The notes below the pieces were generated by a model. The model had not been told where the DNA came from, did not search any database, and saw nothing but the letters and a program-made list of their open reading frames with translations. From contig OX597824.1 of NCBI GenBank assembly GCA_951406725.2, forward strand, positions 55,986,001 through 56,050,000: 64,000 nt of DNA, read 5' to 3'. The stretch's first letter is position 1. Each line of letters opens with the position of its first letter. The position numbers and the translations under genes were made by a program. Below, piece after piece: positions 1 to 13,349 of the stretch. This DNA comes from Octopus vulgaris (lineage: Eukaryota).

Positions 1-469
1 GACAGGGAAATAATAATAACAGTGACCTGGTTGAACTAGGATGCACGAGCACGTGTCTTTGTGGGAATGGTGTTTGTATTAGCATGTATGTGTGAATGGG
101 GGTAAGACACACCAGTACATAAATTGCACATCACACCACAAGATGTATGCACTAGGTTACTTACACATACAATGTATGTGTAGGCGAGCTTAGAATTATG
201 TGTGTATGTGAATAAGTAACCTAGTGCATACATTTTGTGGTGTGATGTGCATTTTATGTACTGGTGTGTGTGTGTGTGTGTGTGTGTGAATAGACGTGTA
301 CATGTGAGTGGGATTATCATCTATGTGTACAAGTAACCTAATGCATGCATTGTGTGGAGTGATTTGCATTTTGTGTGTGTGTTGTGTGCAGATGCTTGTA
401 TGTAGCAGTTGATGTGTGCTTGTTTGGGTGGGGTGTGTATGTAAGCACCACTAACAAATATATGCATCT

Positions 470-963
470 GACTGCTTGTGAAGACCCGTTGAGGCAAGTG
501 AAATCAAAATCAAATTTGATGACTGGCATCTGTGCTTGTGGAGTGCTAAGAGCACCATCCGAGCATGATTGTTGCCAGAGTGGCTAACTGGATTCCGTGC
601 TGGTGGCACGTAAAAAGCACCATTCGAGCGTGATTGTTACCAGCGTTGCCTTCCTGGCACATGAAAAAACATTCGAGCAAGGTCGTTGCCAGTGCCGCTG
701 GACTGGCTCCTATGCAAGTGGCACGTAAAAAACACCATTTGAGCATGGCCATTGCCAGTACCGCCTGACTGGCCCTCGTGCCGGTGGCACATAAAAGCAC
801 CCGCTACACTCTCAGAGTGGTTGGCGTTAAGAAGGGCATCCAGCTATAGAAACTCAGCCGGATCAAGATTGGAGTCTGGTGCAGCCATCTGGTTTGCCAG
901 TCCTCAGTCAAAATGGTCCAACCCATACTAGCATGGAAAGCAGATGTTAAACGATGATGATGA
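470..963 (+). mobile_element. Solo 3' UTR/tail of RTE LINE (severely 5'-truncated copy)
   Basis: Same sequence as the 3' UTR following RTE ORFs at 23080-23597 and 55040-55558. Contains GTGCnGGTGGCACGTAAAAAGCACC repeats and a (GAT)n tail. Confidence 0.9.
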
Positions 964-1283
964 TATATTGATAGAAATGGTAAGACAACAAAAGAATGAA
1001 AGATATATAAATAGATGTGTGTATTTTTCCCTTCTTAACAATTAACATGGAAAAATAGATAAATAGTTACCAGGCTAGCAAAAAATCACTCAAGTAAAAA
1101 GGTTGTAACTCTTTGTTTTTAAAGGTAGAAACTCCGGGTTTACGTGAAATATTTTGTATAATATATATAAATAAATAAGTGGAGTTAAATGCAGGTGTTA
1201 TTCAAATTCTTTTACTTCCAACACATGTTTCGAAGATATCACTGGTATTATTCCAAAGGAATAAAATGGTGTAAAACAATGTA

Positions 1284-1804
1284 CTGTAAATCTTTGAGTA
1301 TAATCCGCCCTTGAGTATAATATGCAGTGGATTTTTAGGGGGCTGTACCTCTGAAAAACCTAAACCTTGTGTATAATATACACCCCTTCTCTAACTTGAG
1401 TCGTGCATAATTAAACCAGCAGCACTTAGTCGAACAAACACTTCCGCGCATGCATAATACAATAATGGTGATGTTCTTAACTGTTATATGGGAATGTAAA
1501 TATGTTTGCAAATTGTTTTTGTTACATGTTATTCTGTGTTCTGAATACTTTTATTTTAATAAATGTTGCTTACTGCAAGTTATGGACGATTCTTTTCTGA
1601 CTGCATTGCTTTCAGGCTTAGTTTAATGTATTTTTGCACCCGACATCACAAAATGCGTCTGAATAAACATTGCCGGACAGCAAATAGAAACTCAGACATT
1701 GCTTAGAAAATATTTTTCACTTTTAACCTTGTATATAGTACGCACTAGGGATTTTGACCTTTAAATTTTGGGAAAAAATGCGGATTATACTCGAGGATTT
1801 ACGG
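1284..1804. mobile_element. Tc1/mariner-superfamily (Tc2/pogo-like) MITE
   Basis: TIRs ctgtaaatctttgagtataatccgc and gcggattatactcgaggatttacgg, flanked by TA on both sides. Confidence 0.8.
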
Positions 1805-2136
1805 TAATCTTCTCTTCAGGGAAATGAAGAAATGAAACTCATAAATAAGACATTTTAACAGAAAATGATGGATATGTTTAATGATTAATTGAAGTTTGTT
1901 TTAAAAAACGTTACAGGATATAACGTCAAAGGTAGCCTAGAGGATATTAAAAGATAGTAACCCTTTCACAGAACAACACAGAAGGGCTCAATATATTGTG
2001 TTTTCTGTTTGTTCCTATTTATATATATAAAAGTTCCAAAAATTATACCATATACATTTCTTCATACAATCGATATTCATCTGTATATGTGTATGCACAC
2101 TGTCATCCAACCTTGATTTTGAATGGGTTCGTATGA

Positions 2137-2174
<38 letters not shown>

Positions 2175-2324
2175 TATAATAAATATATATGTATATATAT
2201 AGTCATGTTCCCAGCTTAAATATATGTTGGTTTTGACGAAGAATAACTTGATATCTGAATCTGTCTCACTTTATTGAATTCTGGTATATGTGTGTGTGTA
2301 TAGACACACAGATATGCATACATA

Positions 2325-2470
2325 GGCATTGCTGTGTAGTAAGAAGATTGCTTCCCAACCACATGGTTCCGTGTTCAGTCGCACGGGCAAGCATTTTCTG
2401 CTATAGCCTCAGGTCGATCAAAGACTTGTGAGTGGATTTGGTAGATGGAAACTAAAAGAAGCCTGTCGTA
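2325..2470 (+). mobile_element. tRNA-derived SINE fragment (octopus OK/OR-like), 5' part
   Basis: A/B-box-like head (gctgtgtagtaag...ggttccgtgttcagtc); body shared with 4660-5085. Confidence 0.75.
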
Positions 2471-2489
2471 TATATGTGTGTATATATAT

Positions 2490-4397
2490 ATCATCATCAT
2501 CATAATCATCATTTAACGTCTGCTTTTCATGCTAGCATATGTTGGACGATTTGACTGAGTGCTGGTAAACCAGATGGCTGCACCAAGCTCCAATCTGATA
2601 TGGCAGAGTTTCTAGAGCTGGATGCCCTTCCTAACGCTAACCACTCCGAGAGTGTAGTGGGTGCTTTTATGTGCCACCGGCACAAGGGCCAGTCAGGCGG
2701 TACTGGCAACGGCCATGCTCAAATGGTGTTTTTTACATGCCACCTGTACAGGAACCAGTCCAGCGGCACTGACAACGACCTCGCTTGAATGTTTTTTTAT
2801 GTGCCAGCAGTACAAGTGCAAGTAAGGCGATGCTGGTAATGATCATGCTCGAATGGTGCTTTTTACGTGCCACCGGCACGGAATCCAGTTAGCCACTCTG
2901 GCAACGATCATGCTCGGATGGTGCTCTTAGCACTCCACTAGCACAGATGCCAGTCTTCGAATTTGATTTCAATTTTGATTTCACTTGCCTCAGCAGGTCT
3001 TCGTAAGCAGAGTTTAGTGTCCAATGAAGGAAAGATACACATGAGTGGGCTAGTTACACCCCTGGCACAGGCCACAAGGTTATGGTCTCACTTGGCATGC
3101 TGGGTCTTCTCAAGCACAGTATATTTCCAAAGGTCCCGGTCTCTAGTCATTGCCTTGGTGAGGCCCAATGTTTGAAGGTCATGCTTCACCACCTCATCCC
3201 AGGTCTTCCTGGGTCTACCTCTTCCACAGGTTCCCTCAGTCACTAGGGTGTGGCACTTTTTCACACAGTTATTCTCATTCATTCTCACCACATGACCATA
3301 CCAGCGCAGTTGTCTCTCTTGGACACCACATCTGATGCTTCTTAGGTTCAACTTTTCTCTCAAGGTACTTACTCTCTGTTGAGTATGCACACTGACATTA
3401 CACATCCATCGAATCATACTGGCTTCATTCCCTGTGAGCTTACGCATGTCTTCAGCTGTCACGGCCCATGTTTCACTGCCATGTAGCATGGCTGTTCGTA
3501 CACATGCGTCATACAGTCTACCTTTTACTCTGAGCAAGAGGCCCTTTGTCGCCAGCAGAAAAAAGCGCTCTCTGAAATTTTCCCAGGCTATTCTTATTCT
3601 AGCAGCTACACTTTCAGCGCACCCTTCCCTGCTACTGACTTGGTCACCTAGGTAATGGAAACTATCAACTACTTCTAGTTTTTCTCCCTGGAATGTGGCA
3701 GAAGTTGTTCTCTGCACATTTTCAATGTTTATTGCTCCTGAACATCTGCCACATACAAAAACTATCTTCCTAGTTAGGCTTCCTTTGATATTGCTGCACC
3801 TCTTATGTGTCCATAGCTTACACTGGGTACATCTTATAGAGTTTCTACAGATTGAGCAGGGCCAACTACCTCAAGGGATTTGTGGTTTGCCTGCCTTCCT
3901 ACTTATTAGTACTTTAGTTTTAGCTAGGTTGACTCTAAGGCCCTTCGATTTTAATCCTTGTTTCCACACCTGAAACTTCTCCTCTAGTTCTGATAGTGAC
4001 TCAGCAATTAGAGTAAGGTCGTCAGCATAGAGGAGCCCCCAGGGTCATCTCATCTTGAATTCCTCTGTTATTGCCTGGAGGACTATGATAAATTGGAGGG
4101 GGCTGAGGATTGAACCTTCCTGGACCCCTACCCCTTCCTGGAATTCTTCACTTTACTCATTGCCAACCCTCACCTTACTGACAGCGTTCCTGTACATGGC
4201 TTGCACAGCTCTCACTAACCATTCATCTATCCCTAGTTTCCTCATTGACCACCAGAGAAGGGATCGGAGGCCCTTGTCAAAGGCTTTCTCCATGTCAATG
4301 AAAGCTAGGTACAGGGGTTTATCTTTGGCTAGGTATTTCTCCTGCAGCTGTCTTACCAGAAATATAGCATCAGTGGTGCTTTTCCCTGGCATGAACC
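2490..4397 (-). mobile_element. RTE LINE, 5'-truncated, degenerate
   Basis: ORFs 4153-4440 (PGKSTTDAIF, AFIDMEKAFD) and 3088-3717 (RTE C-terminus, GRGRPRKTW), followed by 3' UTR repeats and a (GAT)n tail. Confidence 0.95.
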
Positions 4398-4419
4398 ATA
4401 TATATATGTATCTGTCTTT

Positions 4420-4620
4420 GTGCCTATCTTTATCCCCCATGACTGCTTGACAACTGGTGTTGGTGTGTTTACGTCCCCATAATCCAATCGTTCGGCAAAA
4501 GTCATCAGGTTAAAAAAAAGAAAAAACGGTTTGGGGTTGATTGATTTGACTAAAAACTCACTAAGGCAGTGCCCCAGCATGGATGCAGTCCCGTAACTAA
4601 AAGAAGTGATGAAAAGAAGA
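4420..4620 (+). mobile_element. SINE 3' half
   Basis: gcttgacaactggtgttggtgtgtttacgtcccc...ccagcatgg is homologous to the SINE at 4660-5085 in the opposite orientation. Confidence 0.7.
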
Positions 4621-4659
4621 AAAAAAGATACATAAATAAATATATTTATATATATATTC

Positions 4660-5085
4660 TTTACTCTCTTTTACTCTTTTACTTGTTTCAGTCATTTGAT
4701 TGTGGCCATGCTGGAGCACCGACTTTAGTCGAGCAAATCGACCCCTGGACTTATTCTTTGTAAGCCTAGTACTTACTCTATTGCTCCATTTTGCCGAACT
4801 GCTAAGTTACGGGGACATAAACACACCAGTATCGGTTGTCAAGCGATGTTGGGGGGGACAAACACAGACACACAAACATACCCATCCACACACACACACA
4901 CACAGACACACACATTTATATGATGAGCTTCTTTCAGTTTCCCTCTACCAAATCCACTCACAAGGCTTTGGTCAGCCCGAGGCTATAGAAGAAGTCACTT
5001 GCCCAAGGTGCCACACAGTTGTACTGAACTCGGAACCATGTGGTTTGTAAGCAAGCCACTTACCACACAGCCACTCCTATGCCTA
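4660..5085 (-). mobile_element. Full-length tRNA-derived SINE (octopus OK/OR-like)
   Basis: Minus strand starts ggcataggagtggctgtgtggtaag...ggttccgagttcagt, has an internal (GT)n and ends in (AAGAGTAA)n. Confidence 0.85.
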
Positions 5086-5818
5086 TACACACACATGCAC
5101 GCATGCATACACACACACTCACAAATACGCACACACACATCCTAATTTTATTTCAGTGCCTTATGGCCTATATTTTGTTTGTGTAATCATAACAGTACCA
5201 CTACCTTTTGTTGTTTGTTTTTGTCACTGTCCTGAACATTCATTTATTAATGATCAACATTATCCTTAAATGCATGAAATTGTAAGGATGTCTTGGACAA
5301 TAACTGATGAGCACATCCATATCTTTAGTGTGTTTTCTGTTTGTTCCTGTTTTCCGTTTGTTCCTATTTATATAAGTTCTAAAAATTAAATGGAAACACA
5401 AAAGAAAATTCACACTCAGGACACTGATATTGCTCATTCCTTGTCAGTTATCATTCAAAAAATCCTTACATTCTCACACCTTTAATGATAACTTGTTCAT
5501 TTTTGGTGGTGTCAACAGCAAGAAGTTGTGGGGAATAGTGAGTAAATGTTGAGGAGGTGTGTGTACACATTATCAAACATACGTACTGAACATATATGCT
5601 TCATATATTTGCCAGTAGATAACACCTGGCACTTTGAGAGAGTATTCTCCACCTATAGTGTTAAAAGATACTACAATTTAGAAGGCTTTCAGCAGTATAT
5701 ATACTTTAAGTATTATATACATATTGTTAATATTTGTATGTATGTGTGTGTACTCAGGAGGAAGAAGCTGAAAGTTATATCATCTAACTAACCATATCTA
5801 TGTTTTTTCTTCTCCCAG

Positions 5819-5926
5819 GTAAAATTAGCTGCTATTGTACTAGGGATGTTACGTGAACATAATTTTGATTTTGTTGATGTTATTCGAGAAGAGTCATTCA
5901 AAGCTCTAAAGGCTACAATTAAGCAG
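5819..5926 (+). CDS. VPS54: Internal coding exon of VPS54 (GARP complex subunit), phase 0-0, VKLAAIVLGMLREHNFDFVDVIREESFKALKATIKQ
   Basis: Pyrimidine tract plus cag acceptor (tgttttttcttctcccag), 108-nt open frame, gtgagt donor. The peptide resembles recalled vertebrate VPS54 'ERLISLVFGLLKQRKLNFLEIYGEKMVITAKNIIKQ'. Confidence 0.88.
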
Positions 5927-6029
5927 GTGAGTTTTCATTAATGTCTACTATGAAACCAACCATTTCTTTTCAAGAATAAAGCATTTTATATATGTATATC
6001 ATCATCATCATTGTTTAACGTCTGCTTTT

Positions 6030-9000
6030 CATACAGAAGCGGCTTCTCAGGTGCATAGGAGACTTGCACATTTGTACCTCTCTCAGAGTGGCATCCCAGT
6101 GTGCATCATCTTCCAGGTGATCTCTGAGATGGCAAGTCCAGTGATATGTTAGACATACTGTGTTGTCAGCTGTACATAAAGCAGTGAATGATGTGGGTCC
6201 CTTGATATTATTTAACAGAAGCCTTAGATAGTAGCACTCAGAATAGTTGGGATGGACTACATAGACTCTGCCAATTGTGTCTGATTTCTTGATTCCAGCA
6301 TGATCTGTGGGTACTCCAAGTGCACCTTGCTTCCATTCCTTTTTGTTCCCGGTGTAGTATTATGGAACTTCATTGTGTAGCAGTCTGGCAGCAAATTCAT
6401 CATCCTGAGAGAGCTTGAAGAATACTATAAGTGCAGTATTCTTTAGGGCTTCCATTTGTTGTTGCACTGTCTCTGGGGTGAAGTAAACCCTTTCTCCATT
6501 CTCCAAGGTGTTCCATGTGGGGATATCTCTCATGAATGGGGAACTTGAAGATTCTCCAACATGCTTTACACTGCTAGCATACCTCCCCATTTGAAAAGTC
6601 TTAATCTCATCATTCTTCTCTAAGTCCTGTACTGCAAAGTCTGCCATGTCAGATCCATTGTTGACATATTTGCACACATACTTAATGGATTTCACTGAGT
6701 TAGAGAAGTCAACATTGATGTATGCCTTGAATATCTTGGAGAGGAGTGGACAGTATGGTACTATCCACCTGTTGTCAACTGGAATTTCAGTATGAGCTGA
6801 CTTCTTGATGGTGATTTCAAACCCATCTTCACCTGGCCTTCTTCTTCTGTAGAAGGGATAGCCATCATGTTTAGTGTGGGTCTTTTGAAGGAACTTATTT
6901 GGAAAGCCTTTTGTACATGTTCTATCCTGCATGCATAGAGCATTTAGGTTGATTTTCCCACATGGAACATGAACTGTTTGAATCTTGATCACACTAAAGA
7001 GTTCTCGATCTTCCTGAGGATCTAAAAGCTATGCACTGATGTATGTGTCTATCATTCTAGCATGGATTTTTTTCTGTAAGCCAGAGCAGGGTGTGTACAT
7101 GAGGAAGATCTCATTTCTGTCACTCTATGGTATACTTGTGGCATATAGTGGCACTGAACCCTTTATCTTTTGTCAGTAACTGCATGGGCTTGATAACCTT
7201 CTGTCTGAAGACCCTTGCAATTATGCCATGTCTATCTTTCAGCTCTTGGTTTGAGAAGAGTTCATTTTTAATCTCTTTCCAGTTAGGATTGCAAGTGAAG
7301 GTTATGTAAAGGTCTGGTCTTCTATGGTGTCTAACATATGTCATTGCATTTTGTGTGCTCTCATGCATGTGTCTTGGGCTTCATGTGAATGATGATGGAA
7401 GGATAATCAGCTGACCCGTGTTGACATCATGATCATTCAGCATTGCACCTTGCAGGTTTGCATATGATTCCACTCTTAGTTTCTTCTGGTTCACCCTCAA
7501 GTAAAGTAGCCATTCACTTTCAATGTTTGCATACATGTCAACAATGAACTAATTGAACAGATCCCTACAATGTAGAATGTAGTTAGAATCTTCACTTCTC
7601 ACCATGATGTGGAATCCATGGAAGTCACTGGATAAAACTCTCTTTGAGGAGTTTGTCTGAACAATGTTGATGTGGTAATCATCTTGTCCATAACAGAACA
7701 GCAATGGATACTGTAGTGCATCATAGGACCTGTGTGTTTCTGAAATCTTCATCATTGTCCTCCATCTCTGAGATGGAGGACAATGTCATGCCTGTCATGT
7801 TCTTGCTCAATCAGAAGCACAACTATTTCATTTGCTGTTGGCCCATTAAACCTCCCTCCATGTTGGATCAGCTGGTTTCTTGTTTGATCTGCTAACTACC
7901 TTGTATTTCCTGAAGTTAACTGGAATTGTTTCAAGTGCGGCTTTGAAGCTTGTTGTTGTGCAGCATCTTTTGCAGAGACATCTCAATGCTCATCCTGATG
8001 CCAGAAATGTTCTTGCACCTTTCTTGCCCTTTTTGTTGAGAATCACCCATAAAATATATCTGTAGGAATTTTGGTGACTCATTTGACAGAGGTAGTAGAA
8101 AGCCAATCTGATGATAAATCTGCCCTTGGATCTTGAAAGTTTGCATGAGTCCTGGCTCAGTTATTTTTCTTGTGGCTCCAGTGATGTGATCTGTTGAGCA
8201 GCGTCAAATTTTGTTTTGGAAGTGCTTAGACTCTTGGTCAGTTGATGACAACAGTTTCTTCAATGGCTCTGGAGGTTGGGGCATTGCAGGAAGTTTAACC
8301 TTTCCACCACAGCAGCACAGCCCAGGTGTCTCTCCAGGCCACTTCTTTGTTTTACAGTGTATGCACTCAGTTGTCATTGCACCAAACTTCATCTGCATAA
8401 TTAACTGCTGGGTCATAGTTGAAAGCTGCTTCATGTAAGTTACTTCTCTTAGCTGTTGAAACTGCTCTTTCTTCTGCAGTGGAGATCCTATTCCTTGTCA
8501 GGCATGCATACCTCTATCCAGTATTTTGAGATGCTTGGGCAGCACCGGTACACAACTGTTTATTTATTTTTTTTTTATGCACAGCTCTTATCTCATCATT
8601 CTCAGATCATCTGGCTGCTGTTGTGCACAGGCTGTTTATTTCTTGGCATGCTTCCCTTTTTTTCAGCTGTCTCTTTCTCCCTTGACAGAGACATTCTTTT
8701 GGCTGACTTTGACACTGGAGACAAATTTTTGACGCCTTCTAGGCATGGTTATTTACTGATACACAAATACACCAGTGCAGAAGATTGTAAGCAATGAAAG
8801 TAGCTATAATAATTCTTTTGGTACCAGAAACTGTTACAATGGTAAACACTAGACAGAATGAAGAGAGAATGAATAGGAGATAGAAAGAGTAAGAGATAGA
8901 AAGTGAGGAAGTACAGTGAGAAGTTAGATAAGGAATGTGCCTCCCAAATACTAAAAATAGATGTTTGTAGAATCAAAACAAGATGTGTTATTGATAAAGT

Positions 9001-9120
9001 GAAGAAGGAAGAGAGGGGAGTGAGAGAGAGAGAGTGAATAAGGACAAGGAGTGAGAGAGCAAAGAAAGAAGAGGAGTGAGAGAAAGTATATTTAGTAAAG
9101 AAGGGAATCATATATATAAA
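6030..9120 (-). mobile_element. Degenerate autonomous-type Helitron (Rep part; helicase missing)
   Basis: ORF fragments contain a zinc finger (CIHCKTKKWPGETPGLCCCGGKV), FKIQGQIYHQIG, HRSYDALQYPLLF, PDLYITFTCNPNWKEI, HUH motif PHVH (about 7095) and DNRWIVPY...SIKYVCKYVN (Y2 motif). Many stops and frameshifts. Confidence 0.92.
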
Positions 9121-9389
9121 GCAATATTATCTATTTTTAATAAAAAAATAAAGCAACACCATATTATTGTCTCAGGTCAAATTATTACTGCACTCCAATT
9201 ATGGTACTAATTTGTGCAGCTGTTTTCTCATGAAAAGTGAACATACACATAGATAGATAGATAGATAGATATAGAAAGATATAGTCAGAGTGATAGATAT
9301 AGATTTATTCATAATCTTATTTTTTTACACCTGTTAATTAAATTTACCTGCCCATAAAAGTCAAATTTAATCAAATTTAATTACATTTG

Positions 9390-9660
9390 ACAAATTAATC
9401 TGAACACTAAAGGGTTAAATATTCCATCATTATCAAAATTTGACTAGTTTTGAAGAAAAACTTTATGTAACTGCATTTTGACTCCATCTAAATTGTTAAA
9501 TGTTTTTCCTTGCAATGAGTTCCATAGAGACAAAAACAAGTGGTTGTCAGATGGCGCAATATCAGGAAAATATGGTGAGTGGGGTAAGAGATCCCTGTCA
9601 AGTTCATGTAACTTTGTTTGGGTAGCCAAAGACACATGTGCTTGGGCATTGTCTTTTTTA
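9390..9660 (-). mobile_element. Mariner transposase C-terminal fragment
   Basis: ORF 9444-9635 contains LPHSPYFPDIAPSDNHLF (the YSPDLAPSD motif). Confidence 0.8.
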
Positions 9661-9826
9661 TAGCCGGTTTGGGGAGGTCACCACTTTTAATAGCTGCATT
9701 TGTTACTGTTTGTGTAACACTACTTTTATATGTTTCCTGTTTGGAAATAGATAATAAATATATTTTACTTTTGAAGTAGGAATATATATTGATAAACATG
9801 TCACTTACAACTTACTTATAAATGTT

Positions 9827-11227
9827 ATCATCATCATCATCATCATCGTTTAACGTCCGTTCTCCATGCTAGCATGGGTTGGACGGTTCGACCGGGGATC
9901 TGGGAAGCCAGAAGGCTGCACCAGGCTCCAGTCTTATCTGGCAATGTTTCTACAGCTGGATGCCCTTCCTAACGCCAACCACTCTGTGAGTGTAATGGGT
10001 GCTTTTTACGTGCCACCTGCACAGGTGCCAGGCGAGGCTGGCAACGGCCACGGTCGGATTGGTGTATTTTACGTGCCACCGGCACGGAAGCCAGTCGAGG
10101 CGGCGCTGGCATCGGCCACGATTCGGATAGTGCTTTTTACGTACCACCAGACCAGGGGTCCTGGCTGGTTCATTTCGCTTGCCCCAACATGTCTTCACAA
10201 GCAAAGGGGGTTGGCATGGGTGCCTGTCGTCGGATGAGGTTCTATATAGACTTCGCTTGCCTCAACAGGTCTTTGTGTCCAAGGGAGGAAAGGCATGCAT
10301 AAGTGGGCAGGGCTCACTTGTCCTGCTTGGTCTTCTCACGTACAGCATATTTCCAAAGGTCTCGGTCGCTGGTCATTTCCTCAGTGAGGCCTAAAGTTCG
10401 AAGGTCGTGTTTCACCACCTCGTCCCAGGTTTTCCTGGGTCTACCTCTTCCACGGGTTCCCTCAACTGCTAGGGATTGGCACTTTCTCACACACCTATCT
10501 TCATCCATTCTCGCCACATGACCATACCAGCGCAATCGTCTTTCTTGCACACCACAACTGATGCTTCTTAGGTACAACATTTCTCTCAAGGTACTAACGC
10601 TCTGTCGAGTATGTACACTGACATTACACATCCATCGGAGCATACTGGCTTCATTCCTCACGAGCTTACGCATGTCCTCAGCAGTCACGGCCCATGTTTC
10701 ACTGCCATGTAACATGGCTGTTCGTACACATGCATCATACAGTCTGCCTTTTACTCTGAGCGAGAGGCCTTTAGTCACCAGCAGAGGTAAGAGCTCCCTA
10801 AACTTTGCCCAGGCTATTCTTATTCTAGCAGTTATACTTTCAGCGCACCCACCCCCACTACTGACTTGGTCACCTAGATAACGGAAGCTATCAACTACTT
10901 CTAGTTTTTCCCCCTGGAAAGTGACGGAAGTTGTTTTCTGCAGATTTTCGGAGGTTAATGCTCCCGAGCATCTGCCACATACAAAAACTATCTTCCTAGT
11001 TAGCCTACCTTTGACATTGCTGCACCTCTTATGTGTCCATAGCTTACACTGGGTACATCTTATAGAGTTTCTACCTACACCTTTTCTACAGATCGAGCAG
11101 GGCCATCTTCCTGAAGACATTTGTGGATTGTCTACCTTCCTACTTATTAGTACTTTAGTTTTAGCTAGGTTGACTCTAAGGCCCCTCGATTCTAAACCCT
11201 CCTTCCACACTTGGAACTTCTCCTCCA
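9827..11227 (-). mobile_element. RTE LINE, 5'-truncated, relatively young
   Basis: Open 304-aa ORF 10314-11228 with a C4HC3 finger and RTE C-terminus; 3' UTR repeats; (GAT)n tail. Confidence 0.95.
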
Positions 11228-11829
11228 TTGTACATAAATCCTGACTCCAGCTACATAAACGCCATAGCGAGAAATATATACTCTAAAACGCTGAAGGGCA
11301 TTTTATGTGTGCATGTATGTTGATAAACAAATTTGTGTTCTTTTAACCACTATAAAAAACTATAATTTCATAATTGCAGAAATAAATTTCATTAACAAGT
11401 TGAAGAATGTGAAGAAAGAGAAAATAATTACTACATTAGTTTATTTATGTGCATTTAGCATTTATAGTACAATTAGAAAGTAAAGTCATTTTGTCGTAGA
11501 GAATTACAACTTATAATTCACACTAGCTAATCCTTCATACTAACTACTAGAGTTCACAACAATTCAAATAAGTATTGTTGGATTTTTATCATAGACATGG
11601 CATAAAAAATTGCCAATATCTCAATGAGTGAGTGTCATGGAGTTGAGTAACAATCCTATGGACACTGAGTAATTTCCCAAAAATCAGGGTTTTTATAACT
11701 GCTCATATCCAAATTCTAAGAACCGTATTTTGTGAAACATTTCTTTGAAGAAAGTTTAGAATTTGTATATGGGCAGTAATTTTAATCATTGGGATTACCA
11801 ACAATTATGCTTGTTTGGGCAAACGACCA

Positions 11830-12345
11830 TTATGTCATATTGCCGTCTTTTATGACTTGCTACATCTTGTTGTAACACTAACCCTTTCCTGTTGGTAATC
11901 TCCAGCCTCAGTTCTTCTGATTTTTTGGTTCAAATTAGCCACCTGATGACAGTACACATTAGAATTGTCTGGTTTTGTGGGAGAAGCTCGATATAAATAA
12001 TGCCTTTATGATCCCACCAAACACAAAGCATAGCTTTTTTGACATGGATATTCGTCTTTATTTGCAGTTTTGGGGGGATCCTTACGCACACTACGTTTTC
12101 ATACACAATCCATTTTTCATCTCCAGTCACAAGTTGTTTCAAAAAGGGTATGCTTTCATTCTGTTTCAAAAGCATATTACAAATGGAATATCAGTCCAAG
12201 GAATTCTTTTCTGAAAGTTTGTGAGAGACCGATACATTATGGTGAGAAATGTATCCTAGCTTCACTACGTGTTCATGAGCCATACTTTTAGAAACGTCCA
12301 ACTCTTCTGCAAGTTCTCTAGTTGTAATATTTGAGTTTTCTTCCA
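11830..12345 (-). mobile_element. Mariner transposase fragment
   Basis: FLKQLVTGDEKWIVYEN...KAMLCVWWDHKGIIYIELL. Confidence 0.85.
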
Positions 12346-12975
12346 TCTCTCTCCTGCTCTCTCTTGCACTTTTGCTGTCTCTCTCTCTCTCCTCTCGCTG
12401 TCCCCCCTGGCTAGGTAACCAAGTATCTCCTTTACATTAGCTCACTGTTTCTGACCTCTTGTTACATCTTCCACTCTCTCTCCCTCACCCTGTTTCTCTT
12501 TCTCTCTCTATACATCTCTTTTCTCTTTCTCTCCCTCTCTCTCTTCATCCCCCCTCTCTCTGGCCAGGTAACCATGTATCTCCTCTATAACAAGACACCT
12601 GTTTCTGCCTCTCTGTCTTTATCACACTCTCATCTTTCATCATCTGACACAAAATCACCTCCTCCAATCCCCCTCACCCCTTTCAAAGGATCTTTGTTTT
12701 GCAAGTTACTTAGTGACCCTGCTAGTGTTGGTGCCATGTAAAGAGCATCCAGTCCACACTGTGAAGTGGTTAGCATTTTGGAAGGGCATCCAGTTGTAAA
12801 AATCATGCCAAAACTGGCCTTGCCTGTGCTGGTGCCACATAAAAAGCACTCAGTTCATACTAAAACAGATACAGTAGTCTAGTGTAGTCTTCTACCTGGC
12901 CAGATCCTGTCAAACCATCCAACTCATGCCAGCTTGGGAGGTGGATGTTAAATGATGATGACAATGATGATGATA
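12345..12975 (+). mobile_element. Older RTE-subfamily 3' UTR (CT-rich spacer plus tail)
   Basis: gtggttagcattttggaagggcatccagttgtaaaaatcatgcc motif and gatgatg tail. The same family occurs at 51500-52060. Confidence 0.7.
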
Positions 12976-13349
12976 CAGCATAATAAAGATGAATCTTTCC
13001 AACAAAATGACTATTCCATTCATTTAAGTAGTTTAGTTTGGCTTTCCTCCCAGATGCTTCAATAATTTCATGCAAGCACACCATCCATCGCAGTTCCCCA
13101 TGCCTGTTCTTAGTTTGTCAATGTTTGCCATTTCACTCTTCCGGAACAAGTTGTCTGCACAGGTTAGATGTTTTCCCCTTTTGATTCTTCCTTCAACTGA
13201 CTGCCATAATACCAGTTGACACACAGTTAAATAAATAGTTGTTAAACACATCTTATTCTTAAAAACATAATTGTTTCCACTAGATAACAATTTCATTGAA
13301 ACCTTTAAATCTGGTTTGATTATTTAGTGTAAAAACCAGTCAATTTAAT

